Source: an uncultured Verrucomicrobiae bacterium (GTDB lineage: Bacteria; Verrucomicrobiota; Verrucomicrobiia; Limisphaerales; Palsa-1400). Taken from it: DNA of 64,000 bases. Position 1 is the first letter of the stretch, and the number at the start of each line of letters is the position of its first letter. The notes below the pieces were generated by a model. It was not told the origin of the DNA and did no database searches. It saw only the letters and a program-made list of their open reading frames with translations. Location of the stretch: positions 384,001-448,000 of the forward strand of contig CAVPOM010000012.1 in NCBI GenBank assembly GCA_963707025.1. Direction: 5' to 3'. Positions 1 to 10,295 of this stretch are shown here, one piece after another. The position numbers and the translations under genes were made by a program.

Positions 1-1486
1 CACGATGTTGAACAGCGCGACCATTGAACTGGCGGGGGTGACGGGAGCGGGCTTTGGTTTGACGCTAAACAACACGGGCGTGGCGATGTTGAACGGGGCG
101 GAGAGCGGTTTGGGGACATTGACGGCCAGCGACAGCGGGACCCTGGTGGTGAACAATACGATTTCCGGGGCAGCGGTCAGCGACAACGAAGTGACGACGC
201 TGAACGGGACCGGCGGTGCCGAGACCATAACGACCACCGGGGGCGATCAGGACTACACGAAGACGGTGACCTTGGGAGGGGCCACGACTTTGAACAGCGG
301 GACTATTGAATTGGCGGGGGTGACGGGAGGGGCCCATAACTTGACGCTGAACAACACGGGCGCGGCGACGTTGAGCGGGGCGGAGAGCGGATTGGGGACG
401 CTGACGGCCAGCGGGAGCGGGACCCTGGTGGTGGACAACACGATTTCCGGCGCAGCGGTGAACGACGGCGAAGTGACGAAGCTGAACGGGACCGGCGGCA
501 GCGAAAACATCACCACAAGCGGAGGAGGCCAGACTTATGGCGCTGCGGTGACCCTGGGCGCCAACACCACGGTCAATGACACCGGCAGCGGGAATATAAC
601 CTTTGGCGGGAAAGTGGACGCGGACCTCGCGGCAAATGACCGGACACTGACGGTGGAAAGCGCAGGGACCACGACGTTCAAGGATCAGGTCGGCGGAGTG
701 CAGGCTTTGCAAAGTTTGACGGTGGACGACCTGCCGGGGGACGCGGGCGGGGCGATCACGCTGGGCAACGCGGCGACCGACTTGGCGATGGCGGTCACGA
801 CGCAGGGTGGCGGGCAGCAATACGGCGAAAACAGCGCCTCGCCGCAAGACCCGGCGAACCGGCTCAACCCGGTCAACCATGCCAATCCGGTCACTTTGGG
901 AGCCAACACCACGCTCAGTGACAGTGCTGGCGGCAATATCGTTTTTGACGGGAAGGTGGACGCCGCCGCGGCGGGCGCCCAAGGGCTGGCGGTGAATACT
1001 GCGGGGACCACCGAAGCCACGGGGAATACGATCTTCAATGATCAAGTCGGGAGCGTGCAGCCGCTCGCGAGTTTGTCGGTGGATGCTCATGTCAGCGGGG
1101 AGATCATCCTGGGCAACCCGAATACCGGCACGGCGATGCTGGTGGATGTGGCGGGCGCGGTGACGGTGGGGCAGTCGGCCAGCGTGGATGTGCAAGCGGT
1201 GCCGGGCGTGGTTGTTCGCAGTGGTCTTACGGGTTCACAGTCCTACCCCCCCGCACCGGGTTCATGGGAAACTTCCAATCCGTTGGTGCAGGAGCCTGAC
1301 GGCCTGGCTATCAATAACCAGGGCGAAGTGAACCTGGAAAACGTCATCAAAGGTATTTATAATACCAAGCGGGAGAAGATCGTTGTCACCCCCAAGGCCG
1401 TCGTGCAAAACCAAAAGGCCACAGAAGTTCCACCCGGGGAATTCCTAACGCGAAGTGGCAACATTAAAAACGCGCCGCAGCCCTGA
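1..1486 (+). CDS. C-terminal part of a filamentous haemagglutinin-like TpsA exoprotein (5' end outside window)
   Basis: G/T/N/A-rich beta-helix-type repeats (LTLNNTG, QTYGAAVTLGANTT); frame open from the window start; directly upstream of a TpsB gene. Confidence 0.8.
   Translation, partial: TMLNSATIELAGVTGAGFGLTLNNTGVAMLNGAESGLGTLTASDSGTLVVNNTISGAAVSDNEVTTLNGTGGAETITTTGGDQDYTKTVTLGGATTLNSGTIELAGVTGGAHNLTLNNTGAATLSGAESGLGTLTASGSGTLVVDNTISGAAVNDGEVTKLNGTGGSENITTSGGGQTYGAAVTLGANTTVNDTGSGNITFGGKVDADLAANDRTLTVESAGTTTFKDQVGGVQALQSLTVDDLPGDAGGAITLGNAATDLAMAVTTQGGGQQYGENSASPQDPANRLNPVNHANPVTLGANTTLSDSAGGNIVFDGKVDAAAAGAQGLAVNTAGTTEATGNTIFNDQVGSVQPLASLSVDAHVSGEIILGNPNTGTAMLVDVAGAVTVGQSASVDVQAVPGVVVRSGLTGSQSYPPAPGSWETSNPLVQEPDGLAINNQGEVNLENVIKGIYNTKREKIVVTPKAVVQNQKATEVPPGEFLTRSGNIKNAPQP
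8..571 (+). repeat. Two tandem ~282-bp (94-aa) intragenic repeats in TpsA
   Basis: ttgaacagcgcgaccattgaactggcgggggtgacggga at 8 recurs as ttgaacagcgggactattgaattggcgggggtgacggga at 290. Confidence 0.85.
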
Positions 1487-1519
1487 TCGCACCATCTTGC
1501 TACTAAGGAACCAAACAGC

Positions 1520-3271
1520 ATGCTTATTAAGAACTTATTAATAATCGTTGGACTCGTTTCGATTTTGCAACCGGCGGCGGGGTTGGCCCAGAATTCCCCC
1601 GCGCCTGAAGACAGGCCGTTGCCCGGATTGGAGCAGCTCAAGGGAATTATCGTCCTTGGTTCCACCAACGATTTCAAGGCTGAAGGCGTTTCCGGGGTGA
1701 CGGGCATATTGGTCAAAGGCCCCGCCTTTCTGAAGGAGCGCCAGGCGCTGGTTTCCAAAACCTTGGAGCACTATTTTGGCAAACCGCTGACCCCCTCGGC
1801 CATGACGAACCTCCAAACCGATTTGGTCGTGCTCTGCCGCGTTTTGGATCGTCCGGTGGTGGATGTCTTCTTTCCGGGCGACCGCCAGGAGATCAAGGAC
1901 GCCACGGTGCAGATCATGGTCTATGAAGGAAAAGTGGACCGTGTCGTTGTCAAGCATGAAGGCAAAGCGTGGTTTAGCGACCGGATGTTGACCAATCGCA
2001 TCCGATTGAAACCGGGCGACAGCATCGCCCAGGGCGAATTGCTCAAGGATGTCGGCCGGTTGAACCTCAATCCTCAGTTCCGTGAAGTCAACGTCGCCTA
2101 TGAGCAAGCGTCCTGGACCGACCAGTCCGCCGACGGTCATGGGACGACCACGGTGGATTTGGATGTCAAGGAGCGTTTTCCCTTCCGGTTTTTTGCGGGC
2201 TATGACGACTACGGCCTGAAGATTCTCGGTGAAGACCAGATCTTCGCCGGGTTCAATTACGGCAATGTTTTTGGAAAGGACCAGCAGCTCAATTATCAAT
2301 ACACGACTGATTTGAGCCTTGATCGGTTGCAGGGGCACTCCGCCAGCTATGTGATTCCCCTGCCGTGGTGGGGGAACACTTTCAGGTTTTTCGGCAACTA
2401 TAACAGTGTCAAACCGGATCTGGCCCAGATCGGCTTTCCGGCCATCACCTATAATAATGGGCGGACCTACCAGGCCAGCCTGCGCTACACCGTTCCATTG
2501 CCGGGCTGGATTGGACTCAAACAAGATATTTCCGTTGGATTTGACTATAAAAGCGCGAACACGCCTGCGTTATTTGGAAAGGTGGTGCTCAATCCCTACA
2601 AGGCTGATGTAGATCAAGCGGCCGTGGACTATAACGCCTATTTGAAGGATCGGCTGGGTTACTCCCAGGTTTCCGGGAGCGGCTATTATAGCCCGGGAGG
2701 ACTGTTGGGCGCGAATAAGGACAGCGACTATGCCACCTTCGGGCCGCCGCTGAGATCCAGTTATTACTACGGGCGGATTGAGGGGGAGCGCGCCTTCAAC
2801 CTGCCATTGGGATTGCAGTTGCGCGGCAAGGCAGGCTGGCAGCAGGCCAGCACCGGCTTGCTGCCCAGCGAGCAGCTCTACCTCGGGGGCAACGCCTTGC
2901 TGCGGGGCTATCCGGAAAGCATAGAATCGGGCGATCAAGGATGGTTTGCCACCGCCGAGTTGCATTCGCCGCTCATCCCGACCGGCAATTTGACGCGGCA
3001 GCACAATCTTCCCAATGTTGACAATCTCCATCCCGATACCCTGGATGTTTTTGGTTTCATTGATTACGGTTCTGTCCAGCCGGTCAGCCCCAATCCCGGT
3101 TCCAGCGTCACCCTGAATTCCGCGGGCGGTGGGCTGGTCTGGCACATCAGCCAGTATTTCCTGGCCAATGTCGCCTACGGCTTCCAAATGAAGAGTCTGC
3201 CCGCCAACACGCCCGCACCCCTGAGCAAGGACAAGAGCAGACTGCACGTTTCCGCGACCATTTCATTCTGA
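1520..3271 (+). CDS. ShlB/FhaC/HecB-family two-partner secretion transporter (TpsB, Omp85 superfamily)
   Basis: Signal peptide, POTRA-like region, LLPSEQLYLGG..LRGY loop motif, C-terminal Phe (VSATISF). Confidence 0.9.
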   Translation: MLIKNLLIIVGLVSILQPAAGLAQNSPAPEDRPLPGLEQLKGIIVLGSTNDFKAEGVSGVTGILVKGPAFLKERQALVSKTLEHYFGKPLTPSAMTNLQTDLVVLCRVLDRPVVDVFFPGDRQEIKDATVQIMVYEGKVDRVVVKHEGKAWFSDRMLTNRIRLKPGDSIAQGELLKDVGRLNLNPQFREVNVAYEQASWTDQSADGHGTTTVDLDVKERFPFRFFAGYDDYGLKILGEDQIFAGFNYGNVFGKDQQLNYQYTTDLSLDRLQGHSASYVIPLPWWGNTFRFFGNYNSVKPDLAQIGFPAITYNNGRTYQASLRYTVPLPGWIGLKQDISVGFDYKSANTPALFGKVVLNPYKADVDQAAVDYNAYLKDRLGYSQVSGSGYYSPGGLLGANKDSDYATFGPPLRSSYYYGRIEGERAFNLPLGLQLRGKAGWQQASTGLLPSEQLYLGGNALLRGYPESIESGDQGWFATAELHSPLIPTGNLTRQHNLPNVDNLHPDTLDVFGFIDYGSVQPVSPNPGSSVTLNSAGGGLVWHISQYFLANVAYGFQMKSLPANTPAPLSKDKSRLHVSATISF

Positions 3272-3366
3272 CGGGAATTCCTGTTGGTCCATGAGACCGC
3301 TTGCTTGAGCCAAACTAAAGATCAAATCAACCGCGATGCAAAAGTGCCGGTGCCGGGCAAGGTATT

Positions 3367-4212
3367 ATGAGTGAAACCATACTGAATGAAGCTGAGTGGG
3401 CTGAGTACTCGGCGGCGCGCCTCAAGGCGGTGTGGGTGGATTTTGCGGAGGCCGCGCCGGAGCAGCGCGCGCAGTATTTGAAGGAGGAACTATCCCGCGC
3501 CATCAAGCCGATACCCGGCGGTTACCGCAAGAACTACCTGGGGCGGTTGCGCATGAAGTTCCCGGCTTTTGCGCCGGCGGCGGCGCCGGCGCGGGCTGAG
3601 CCGGCCGACGACACCACGCCGGTGGAAACAGCCCCCTACGCGGAGCTTGTCCAGGCCTTGCTGCTTCGCATTGGCGCCATGAAGGCCGATGAAAAAGCAG
3701 ACTTGGCCCGGCAACTCGGACCGGTCCTGCCATTTCCAAAGCCCGCCCCGGTGGCGGCCCCGGCCCCGGCAGGCCACGCCAAGGATCGTGAAGCGCTGGA
3801 GGCGGCTTTGAACAATTTCGCGATGCTGGAAAACCTGGGCTGGAGAATCTGGAAGGAAATGGCCCCGCAAGGCGAGGTGAAGAAGGAGGGAGATCTTAGC
3901 AACCAGTCCATGGATTACTTCCGGGGCAAGAACGAGGTTCTTCCCCAGTTGAAAGAAACCATGGTCAGGAACCGGATGGTGATCGGAGCTCTGCTGATGG
4001 CGATCCCCGGAGGGCTGCAAAAATATGCCAACGATTTTTATGGCACTTTCAGTCCTGACTACATTACGGCCGCCTTCGGCACCAGCGAGAAGAAATGTTG
4101 GTCCGAGTATGTCAAGCTGGCCAAGCAAGACTTTCCGATCGCCCAGGCCATCAGCTTTAAAATCAGGGGCTATATCGGCCAGTATGCCGAGGGCGTGATG
4201 AAAAAATCCTGA
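3367..4212 (+). CDS. T6SS-associated protein resembling the C-terminal domain of TagH/Fha, no FHA domain
   Basis: First gene of the T6SS run, 2 bp from tssK; C-terminus ALLMAIPGGLQKYANDFYGTFSPDYI..KKCWSEYVKL resembles TagH C-termini by eye. Confidence 0.5.
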   Translation: MSETILNEAEWAEYSAARLKAVWVDFAEAAPEQRAQYLKEELSRAIKPIPGGYRKNYLGRLRMKFPAFAPAAAPARAEPADDTTPVETAPYAELVQALLLRIGAMKADEKADLARQLGPVLPFPKPAPVAAPAPAGHAKDREALEAALNNFAMLENLGWRIWKEMAPQGEVKKEGDLSNQSMDYFRGKNEVLPQLKETMVRNRMVIGALLMAIPGGLQKYANDFYGTFSPDYITAAFGTSEKKCWSEYVKLAKQDFPIAQAISFKIRGYIGQYAEGVMKKS

Positions 4213-4214
4213 TT

Positions 4215-5582
4215 ATGTCACCACAAATTCACTGGCACGAGGGACTGTTCTTGCAACCCCATCATTTGCAAATGATGCAGCGGGGCATCGGGCTGCGGGC
4301 CGAGTCGGAATGGAAACTGGTCTGGCCCTACGCTTACGGGGTGGTGGAAGCGACTTTGTTGCGTGACGATTTGGAGGACATGCGGGTGCGTTTTGCCAAG
4401 TTGCGCGTCATCATGCCCGGCGGGACGGAGGTCAGTTTCCCCGAGGCCGCCGAATTGCCGGCCTTGGACATACGGCCCATGTTTGCCCGGCCCGGCATCA
4501 AGTTTTTCGATGTCTTTTTGGGAGTGCCGCTGTGGATGAAGGATCGAGCCAACACCTTCCGGCCCGAACAGCAGGCTGATCCCCGCGTGAAGCTGCTCTA
4601 CCGCCTCAAGGAGGCTTCCTGCCCGGATGAAAACACCGGGGAGAATCCAAAGGACATCCAGTTTAGAATGGTCAACGCCCGTTTGATGTTTGATTTTGAG
4701 GACCGGAGCGACATGGAGGTTTTGCCGTTGCTGCGCATCAAGAAAGGCGTGGGAGATGACGAGGGCCGGCCGCGGCTGGATCCGGAGTTTGCCTACCCCT
4801 CGCTGGTGCTCAATGCGTCGCCGGTTTTGCGCGACTTGGTTCGCGCCTTGACCAGCCAGGTGGATGCCACCCGGGACGAACTGGACCGGCAATTGCACAA
4901 GGGTGGCATCGGGCTGGAACAAAAGGTGGAAATGACCGCGCGGCTGATGCTGTTGAGCCGGTTCTCGGCCAAAATGCTGTCGCTGGTCGAGGCTCCCAAC
5001 GTGCCGCTTTATGGCGTTTACCTGGAACTGCGGACGTTTCTGGCGGAGTTGGCGGCTTTTCGGCCGGGCCAGGCCGTGTTTGCGGCGGCGGCCTATGATC
5101 ACGAGAATCCGTATCCGGTTTTCAAGGAATTAGACATAAAAATCCGGCGCGAGATCAAACCGGCGGGGGGTGTGTTTCTCAAGGTGCCCTTTGAGATGAC
5201 GGCGCAGAAGACGGCGCAGATCCCCGTGGCCAAGCTGACGAGCGAGCACTTTACCAAACCCAACGCCTATTACCTGGCGGTCAAGACCAAGGCGGATCCG
5301 ACCGCCCTGGCGCGGTATGTCGAGGACGGCCACAAGTTTAAGCTGATGCCCTTGAGCATGTGGAGCGCGGCGATCTTTGGCATCACCCTGCAGGAGCAGC
5401 GGATTCCGCCGCTGGAATTTCCCAGCCAGGCGGGCCTCTACTACTTCCTTTTGCAGGTCAAGGACAACGCGGCGCGCTGGGATCAGATTCAGAACGAAAT
5501 GGCCATGGCCATCAATTATAAACAGGCGGACTTGAATCTTTCGGACGCGGAATTTACTTTATACATGACGGTGCCATCCTGA
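4215..5582 (+). CDS. tssK: T6SS baseplate subunit TssK
   Basis: IHWHEGLFLQPHHLQ N-terminal motif, YDHENP motif, position before tssL. Confidence 0.93.
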   Translation: MSPQIHWHEGLFLQPHHLQMMQRGIGLRAESEWKLVWPYAYGVVEATLLRDDLEDMRVRFAKLRVIMPGGTEVSFPEAAELPALDIRPMFARPGIKFFDVFLGVPLWMKDRANTFRPEQQADPRVKLLYRLKEASCPDENTGENPKDIQFRMVNARLMFDFEDRSDMEVLPLLRIKKGVGDDEGRPRLDPEFAYPSLVLNASPVLRDLVRALTSQVDATRDELDRQLHKGGIGLEQKVEMTARLMLLSRFSAKMLSLVEAPNVPLYGVYLELRTFLAELAAFRPGQAVFAAAAYDHENPYPVFKELDIKIRREIKPAGGVFLKVPFEMTAQKTAQIPVAKLTSEHFTKPNAYYLAVKTKADPTALARYVEDGHKFKLMPLSMWSAAIFGITLQEQRIPPLEFPSQAGLYYFLLQVKDNAARWDQIQNEMAMAINYKQADLNLSDAEFTLYMTVPS

Positions 5583-5614
5583 GCAGGGGCATCTGTCTGC
5601 CGCCGGCGCGACGA

Positions 5615-6406
5615 GTGAAAACTGAGCAACCATTTGATTGGGGAGGACAGGAAGGGCGCAAGGAATCGGCCGCACCCCGCAGGCGCCCGGCGCGGGAGGA
5701 GGAGAGTCCCGCGCCCTCCTATGTGGATCTGGTGGAGCCTCTCTTCCAGTATATCTGCAAGGTGAACCGGGGCGCGAAATCGGTGAGTCCGGTCACGGGG
5801 AACCTGGCGGTGGTGCGGGGCGATGTCGAGAACATTCTGCAGAAAATATCGGCCAAGGCCAACAAGGACGTGACTCTGGCCCGGCTGCACGCGAAAATGG
5901 AAAAGCCGCTGGTGTATTATGTGGATTCGGTCATTGAGCAGAGCAACCTGACGATTGCGGCGGAATGGGGCCAGCAGCGGCTGGCGGCGATTCGCTGGAA
6001 CGATCTGGCCGGCGACCAGGCTTTTTTCAATCTCTTGGATGCGGAGTTGGCGGCGCAATCGGAAAGTTCGGAGCAGGCTCTGGCCGTATTCTATCTCTGT
6101 CTGTGCCTTGGGTTCACCGGCATGCACGCCGGCCAGCCCGTCGCCATTAACGGCCTCATCAGCCGGATCGCGCCGCGCATTCGTTCGCTGGTGGAGAGCG
6201 ACCTGAACGCGCGGATTTGCGAGTTGGCGTATGAGGTGCATCGGCCCTTGCCGGCGCCGGTGGGCAGCCGCATCGGGATTATCGTGCTGGTCTTTGTCTT
6301 CGTCACCATCTCGGTGTTGGTGGTGTATTATTCACTCTATATTTCGGCGACCAGCGACTTGCGCACTGCCGTGGATGCCGTCATCGCTCACTCCCCCCCG
6401 TCCTGA
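5615..6406 (+). CDS. tssL: T6SS membrane subunit TssL (DotU), no OmpA domain
   Basis: AGDQAFF..L, VFYLCLCLGFTG motifs, C-terminal TM helix. Confidence 0.9.
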   Translation: MKTEQPFDWGGQEGRKESAAPRRRPAREEESPAPSYVDLVEPLFQYICKVNRGAKSVSPVTGNLAVVRGDVENILQKISAKANKDVTLARLHAKMEKPLVYYVDSVIEQSNLTIAAEWGQQRLAAIRWNDLAGDQAFFNLLDAELAAQSESSEQALAVFYLCLCLGFTGMHAGQPVAINGLISRIAPRIRSLVESDLNARICELAYEVHRPLPAPVGSRIGIIVLVFVFVTISVLVVYYSLYISATSDLRTAVDAVIAHSPPS

Positions 6407-6433
6407 GCGCCGATTGACTCACTTTTGAATTCC

Positions 6434-9400
6434 ATGGACGAACAAAAACCAGGCCCCGTTGAATGGTCCGTCGGCAGCGGTTTGGGCGTTGCTGCCGTGC
6501 TGACTGCCGGCTTGACCCGGAAGTGGTGGATCAGCTTGATTTTGCTGGGATTGCTCCTGCTGGTGGTGGTGGGCTACATTGCCTGGCGCCTGTGGAAACG
6601 CCGCCGCAATGAACAAAAGTTTTCCGGCGACATGGAGCAGCAGTCCGGCAATGCCAATGTGCGCAAGGCGGAGCAAAAGGCGCAGTTGGACCAATTGCGG
6701 CGCGCTTTCCAGCAAGGCATCCTCGTTTACAAGCAACGCAAAAAAGACATCTATTCGGTTCCCTGGTATCTCATGATCGGGACGCCCGGCAGTGGAAAAA
6801 CCGAAGCGATCCGGCATTCCGAAATTGGTTTTCCGCCGGGTTTGACGGATCCGATGACCGGGGTTGGCGGGACGATCAACATGAATTGGTGGTTCACCAA
6901 TTATGGAGTCATCCTGGACACCGCCGGCAAAATGGTGTTCCCGGAGGCGGGCGGCGGCGGCCAGAGCAACGAATGGGACGAATTCCTCCGGCTGCTGCGC
7001 AAGCATCGCCCGGCCTGTCCGATTAACGGCCTGTTCCTGGCGCTGGATGTGGACAAGATGATCAAGGACACGGGCGAGGCCATCTCCAAAAAGGCCAGCC
7101 AGGTGGCCCAACAATTGGATCGGGTGCAGCGGGCGCTGGACGTGCGTTTTCCGGTTTATGTGCTGGTGACCAAGAGTGATTTTCTGACGGGCTTCAAGGA
7201 ATACTTCGACGGGATTGACGATCCGCAACTGCAAAATCAAATATTGGGCTGGTCCAATCAAGCTCCGCTGGACGCTCCGGTGGACACCGATGCCATCGAA
7301 GGGTACCTCCGGGAATTGGTGGAAATCATCAAACGCCGCCGCCTGGCGGTCATTCGCGCCCCCGTCAACCTGGATCTGCGAGAGAACCGGCGCCTGGACT
7401 GCACCGACGCGATGTTTGCCTTTGCGGAGAGTCTGGAGCGGCTGATTCCGCGTTTAAAACGTTACCTGCAAATCATCTTTTCCTCGGGCGAGTTTTCGGC
7501 CAAACCGGTCTTTTTGCGGGGCATCTATTTCACCTCCTCCATGCAGCAGAACGGCGATTTGGACGAAGCTTTGGCGGAATTCATGGGCATCAAAGTGACC
7601 GAACTGCCCCCGGCCAATGTCCAGGAAAAGGAAAAGTCCTATTTTCTGAGAGACGTGTTTATTGACAAGGCGTTTCAGGAGCGATTGGTGACCAGCGCTT
7701 CCAACACCCGCCGCATGCGTCGCAACCGCCTGTTGATTCTGTCCGGCCTGACGGTCCTGATCCTGGGATCCCTGGTGACTTTCTCCCTGCTGGGTCATGG
7801 CGCGTTGGACCGGAGTGTGGGCAAGGACAAAGTGATCTGGGACGAAGCCACCAACCAATGGGTGCTGCCGCCCTGGGCCCCCGGATCGAGTTTTTGGCAT
7901 CCGGTGGTTGATTTGTCCAATGGCAATGACTGGCGCTACACGGGCGGCGAACCGCTTTCGTCCAAGTTGACCAACAGCCTGGTGGATTTCCTTGGCATGG
8001 TCAAGGACCGTGTTAGCCTGGCCGTCCAGCAACATTCCCTTGATCTTCCGGCCCTTGCGCGGACTGCGGGGAGACCTGAAATTCCCGGAAGGCCAGCGGG
8101 TGCTGGTGGAACGCAGCGTGGTGCTGCCGTTGCTGGAGGGCGCGCGTTACAAAATGTCCCGCCTGGAGGTTTCCGCCCCCCAAGACACCGAAGGGGTCAT
8201 CCGGTTGCGCAAAGCGCTCGAGTGCCTGGTGCAAACTCAGGCGGATATTGACGCCGGGCTGGGTTCTTTGTCCAATGCGGTGGTGCAGGAGAAGCTGGCC
8301 TCTTTCGTTACGCCCCTGCTCCAGTTTGTCGTGAACACGAACCTCCCCATCAATTCCAGTTTGCTGGAGGCGTGCGCGTGGACTTACTCCAGCAGCGGCG
8401 CCGGAGCCAAGTCCTGGCCGCCCAAAGCCTTGTCGGGCGGCACCAATTTGGCTTCCGATTTGGCCATCAACACCGGATTGGATTGCCTGATCGCCCAAGT
8501 CCGCAAGAACCAGCAGCAAGTGGAAGGGCACGCTCAATTGCTCGCCGCCGTTTGCGCCAGTTTATCAGCGTTGGCGCAGGCGGAAGACACGTTGAACGCC
8601 GACGCCGTCAACGATTGCGCGTTGACCCGGGAGCATTTTGAGGCCTGGCAGGCGGCGGTGAAAGATCTGCGCTCGGCCCAGAAGGAGGCTGCGCAGCAGC
8701 GCGTGTTGGACATTTCCGCCTCCGCCGGCCTTCTGCGGGCGGCCGCCAACAAGATTGAACTGGAAAACGGCGCTGCCTCCGGCGAGGCCTTTAAGGAAAT
8801 ACGGCGGGGCGCGGACGCCGGGGCCAAGACGGACAAGCGTCCGTTGTTCGGCGAGATTACCAACAAGTGCCAGGTCGCGGTGGGCGGCATGCAAAGCAAG
8901 GTGGAGAGCACGCTGGCCAAATACATGGGATCCCTGTCCAATTGGGATAACGATTTCCTGGCCACCGGCAGCAGCGGGGTCAAACCCTATTTTGAGCAAC
9001 GCGACGATCTTTATCAGAACGCCTTTGTTCTGCGCAATCCCACCGCGGCGGTGCCGGTCGGAACGCTTCAGAAGACGCTGGTCAACTGGCGCCAGGGGCG
9101 GGACAGCATCAGCGCGCAAATTGAAAGCTATAAAGGGCCGTTAAAGCCCCAGTTGCAGCGGGTCTGTCAATGCGCGATTGACGAGTCGGACAAGCGGGGT
9201 CTGGACGGTTTATTGTCCAACTACTGCGCCAGGGCCGAGGCGAATTTGAGCGATTACTTTAATGCCAGCACGGTTTCCTTTGACCGGATCACCGAGGCGC
9301 ACGCCTTTTTCACCAATCTGGACAGCGATCTTGGATTGCAGAGTTTCCGGGAATTGCCGCCCAGATGGCAGGACAAACTGCAAAAACTCCACAACGACGA

Positions 9401-10295
9401 CGCCGACGCCACCAAAAAATCGGTCAGCAAAGCCTACACCAACTGGCTGGCGGGCCAATTGTCCGCCCGCGGCGGCGGACCCGACAGCGACAACCCGCTG
9501 CAGCCCTACCTCGACTTCCGCAAGCGATGGGATAATGTCACCAATCAATTCAACAGCGATGCCGTCAAGTATTTTTCCAAGGAATTGGGCGAGCAATTCC
9601 CGCAATGGGCGGCGAAAGAGGCGAGAAACCGCCTGGATGAGGGCGTCAAGTTTTGCAACGACTGGCTCAACCAGAACACGGGTTTTCCGGTGCTCCTCGG
9701 CAGCGCCACGCCAAGGACCCCGGAACAAGTCGCCTTGCTGAAGAGGCAACTGGACCTGCGCGCCAACGAATTCAAGCAGGTTCAGGACGGTGACCAAACC
9801 CTCGCTTTTAAGAGCTTCGCCAATCGCGTGTCGGTGCTGTCGCAGGTTGTCGCCGTGCTGGTGCCGGACCCCGGGCGTCCGGCCAGGCATACCGTGGACA
9901 TCCACCCCGTCACCGGTGACGCCGCCAACCAATGTCCCTACCTCTACCTGACCACCTCGGGAGCCAAAGCCCAGCGCTTGACCCTCGGCCGGAAACGCGA
10001 TCCATCGGTCGCGCTGTCCGACTTGACCGGGGCCTTGGAGATCAAAGTGACGAGCGGTCCGGATCCGGACACCCCCGGGGCCGGGGTTTTTTACATCAAC
10101 GAATGGAAGAGTTGGGGGGCGTTGAATCTCATCAATCTGGCCAACGTGCGATTTGAAGGTGGCAAGTGGATCGTGCCGATTCCTGTCAAGAATTCCGACG
10201 GCTCCGACATTGGCGCCGTTCACGTCGAATTGGAATTCAATCCCCCGCTGCCTTCCCCGGAACAGTGGCAGCGCCTGAACCCGCCGCCGCCATGA
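6434..10295 (+). CDS. tssM: T6SS membrane subunit TssM/IcmF, split by a +1 frameshift near 8021
   Basis: PWYLMIGTPGSGKT Walker A, WWF, LDTAG, FPVYVLVTKSD, FLRGIYFTS; ORFs 6425-8251 and 7992-10295 join on removing one G in ctggccg. Confidence 0.88.
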
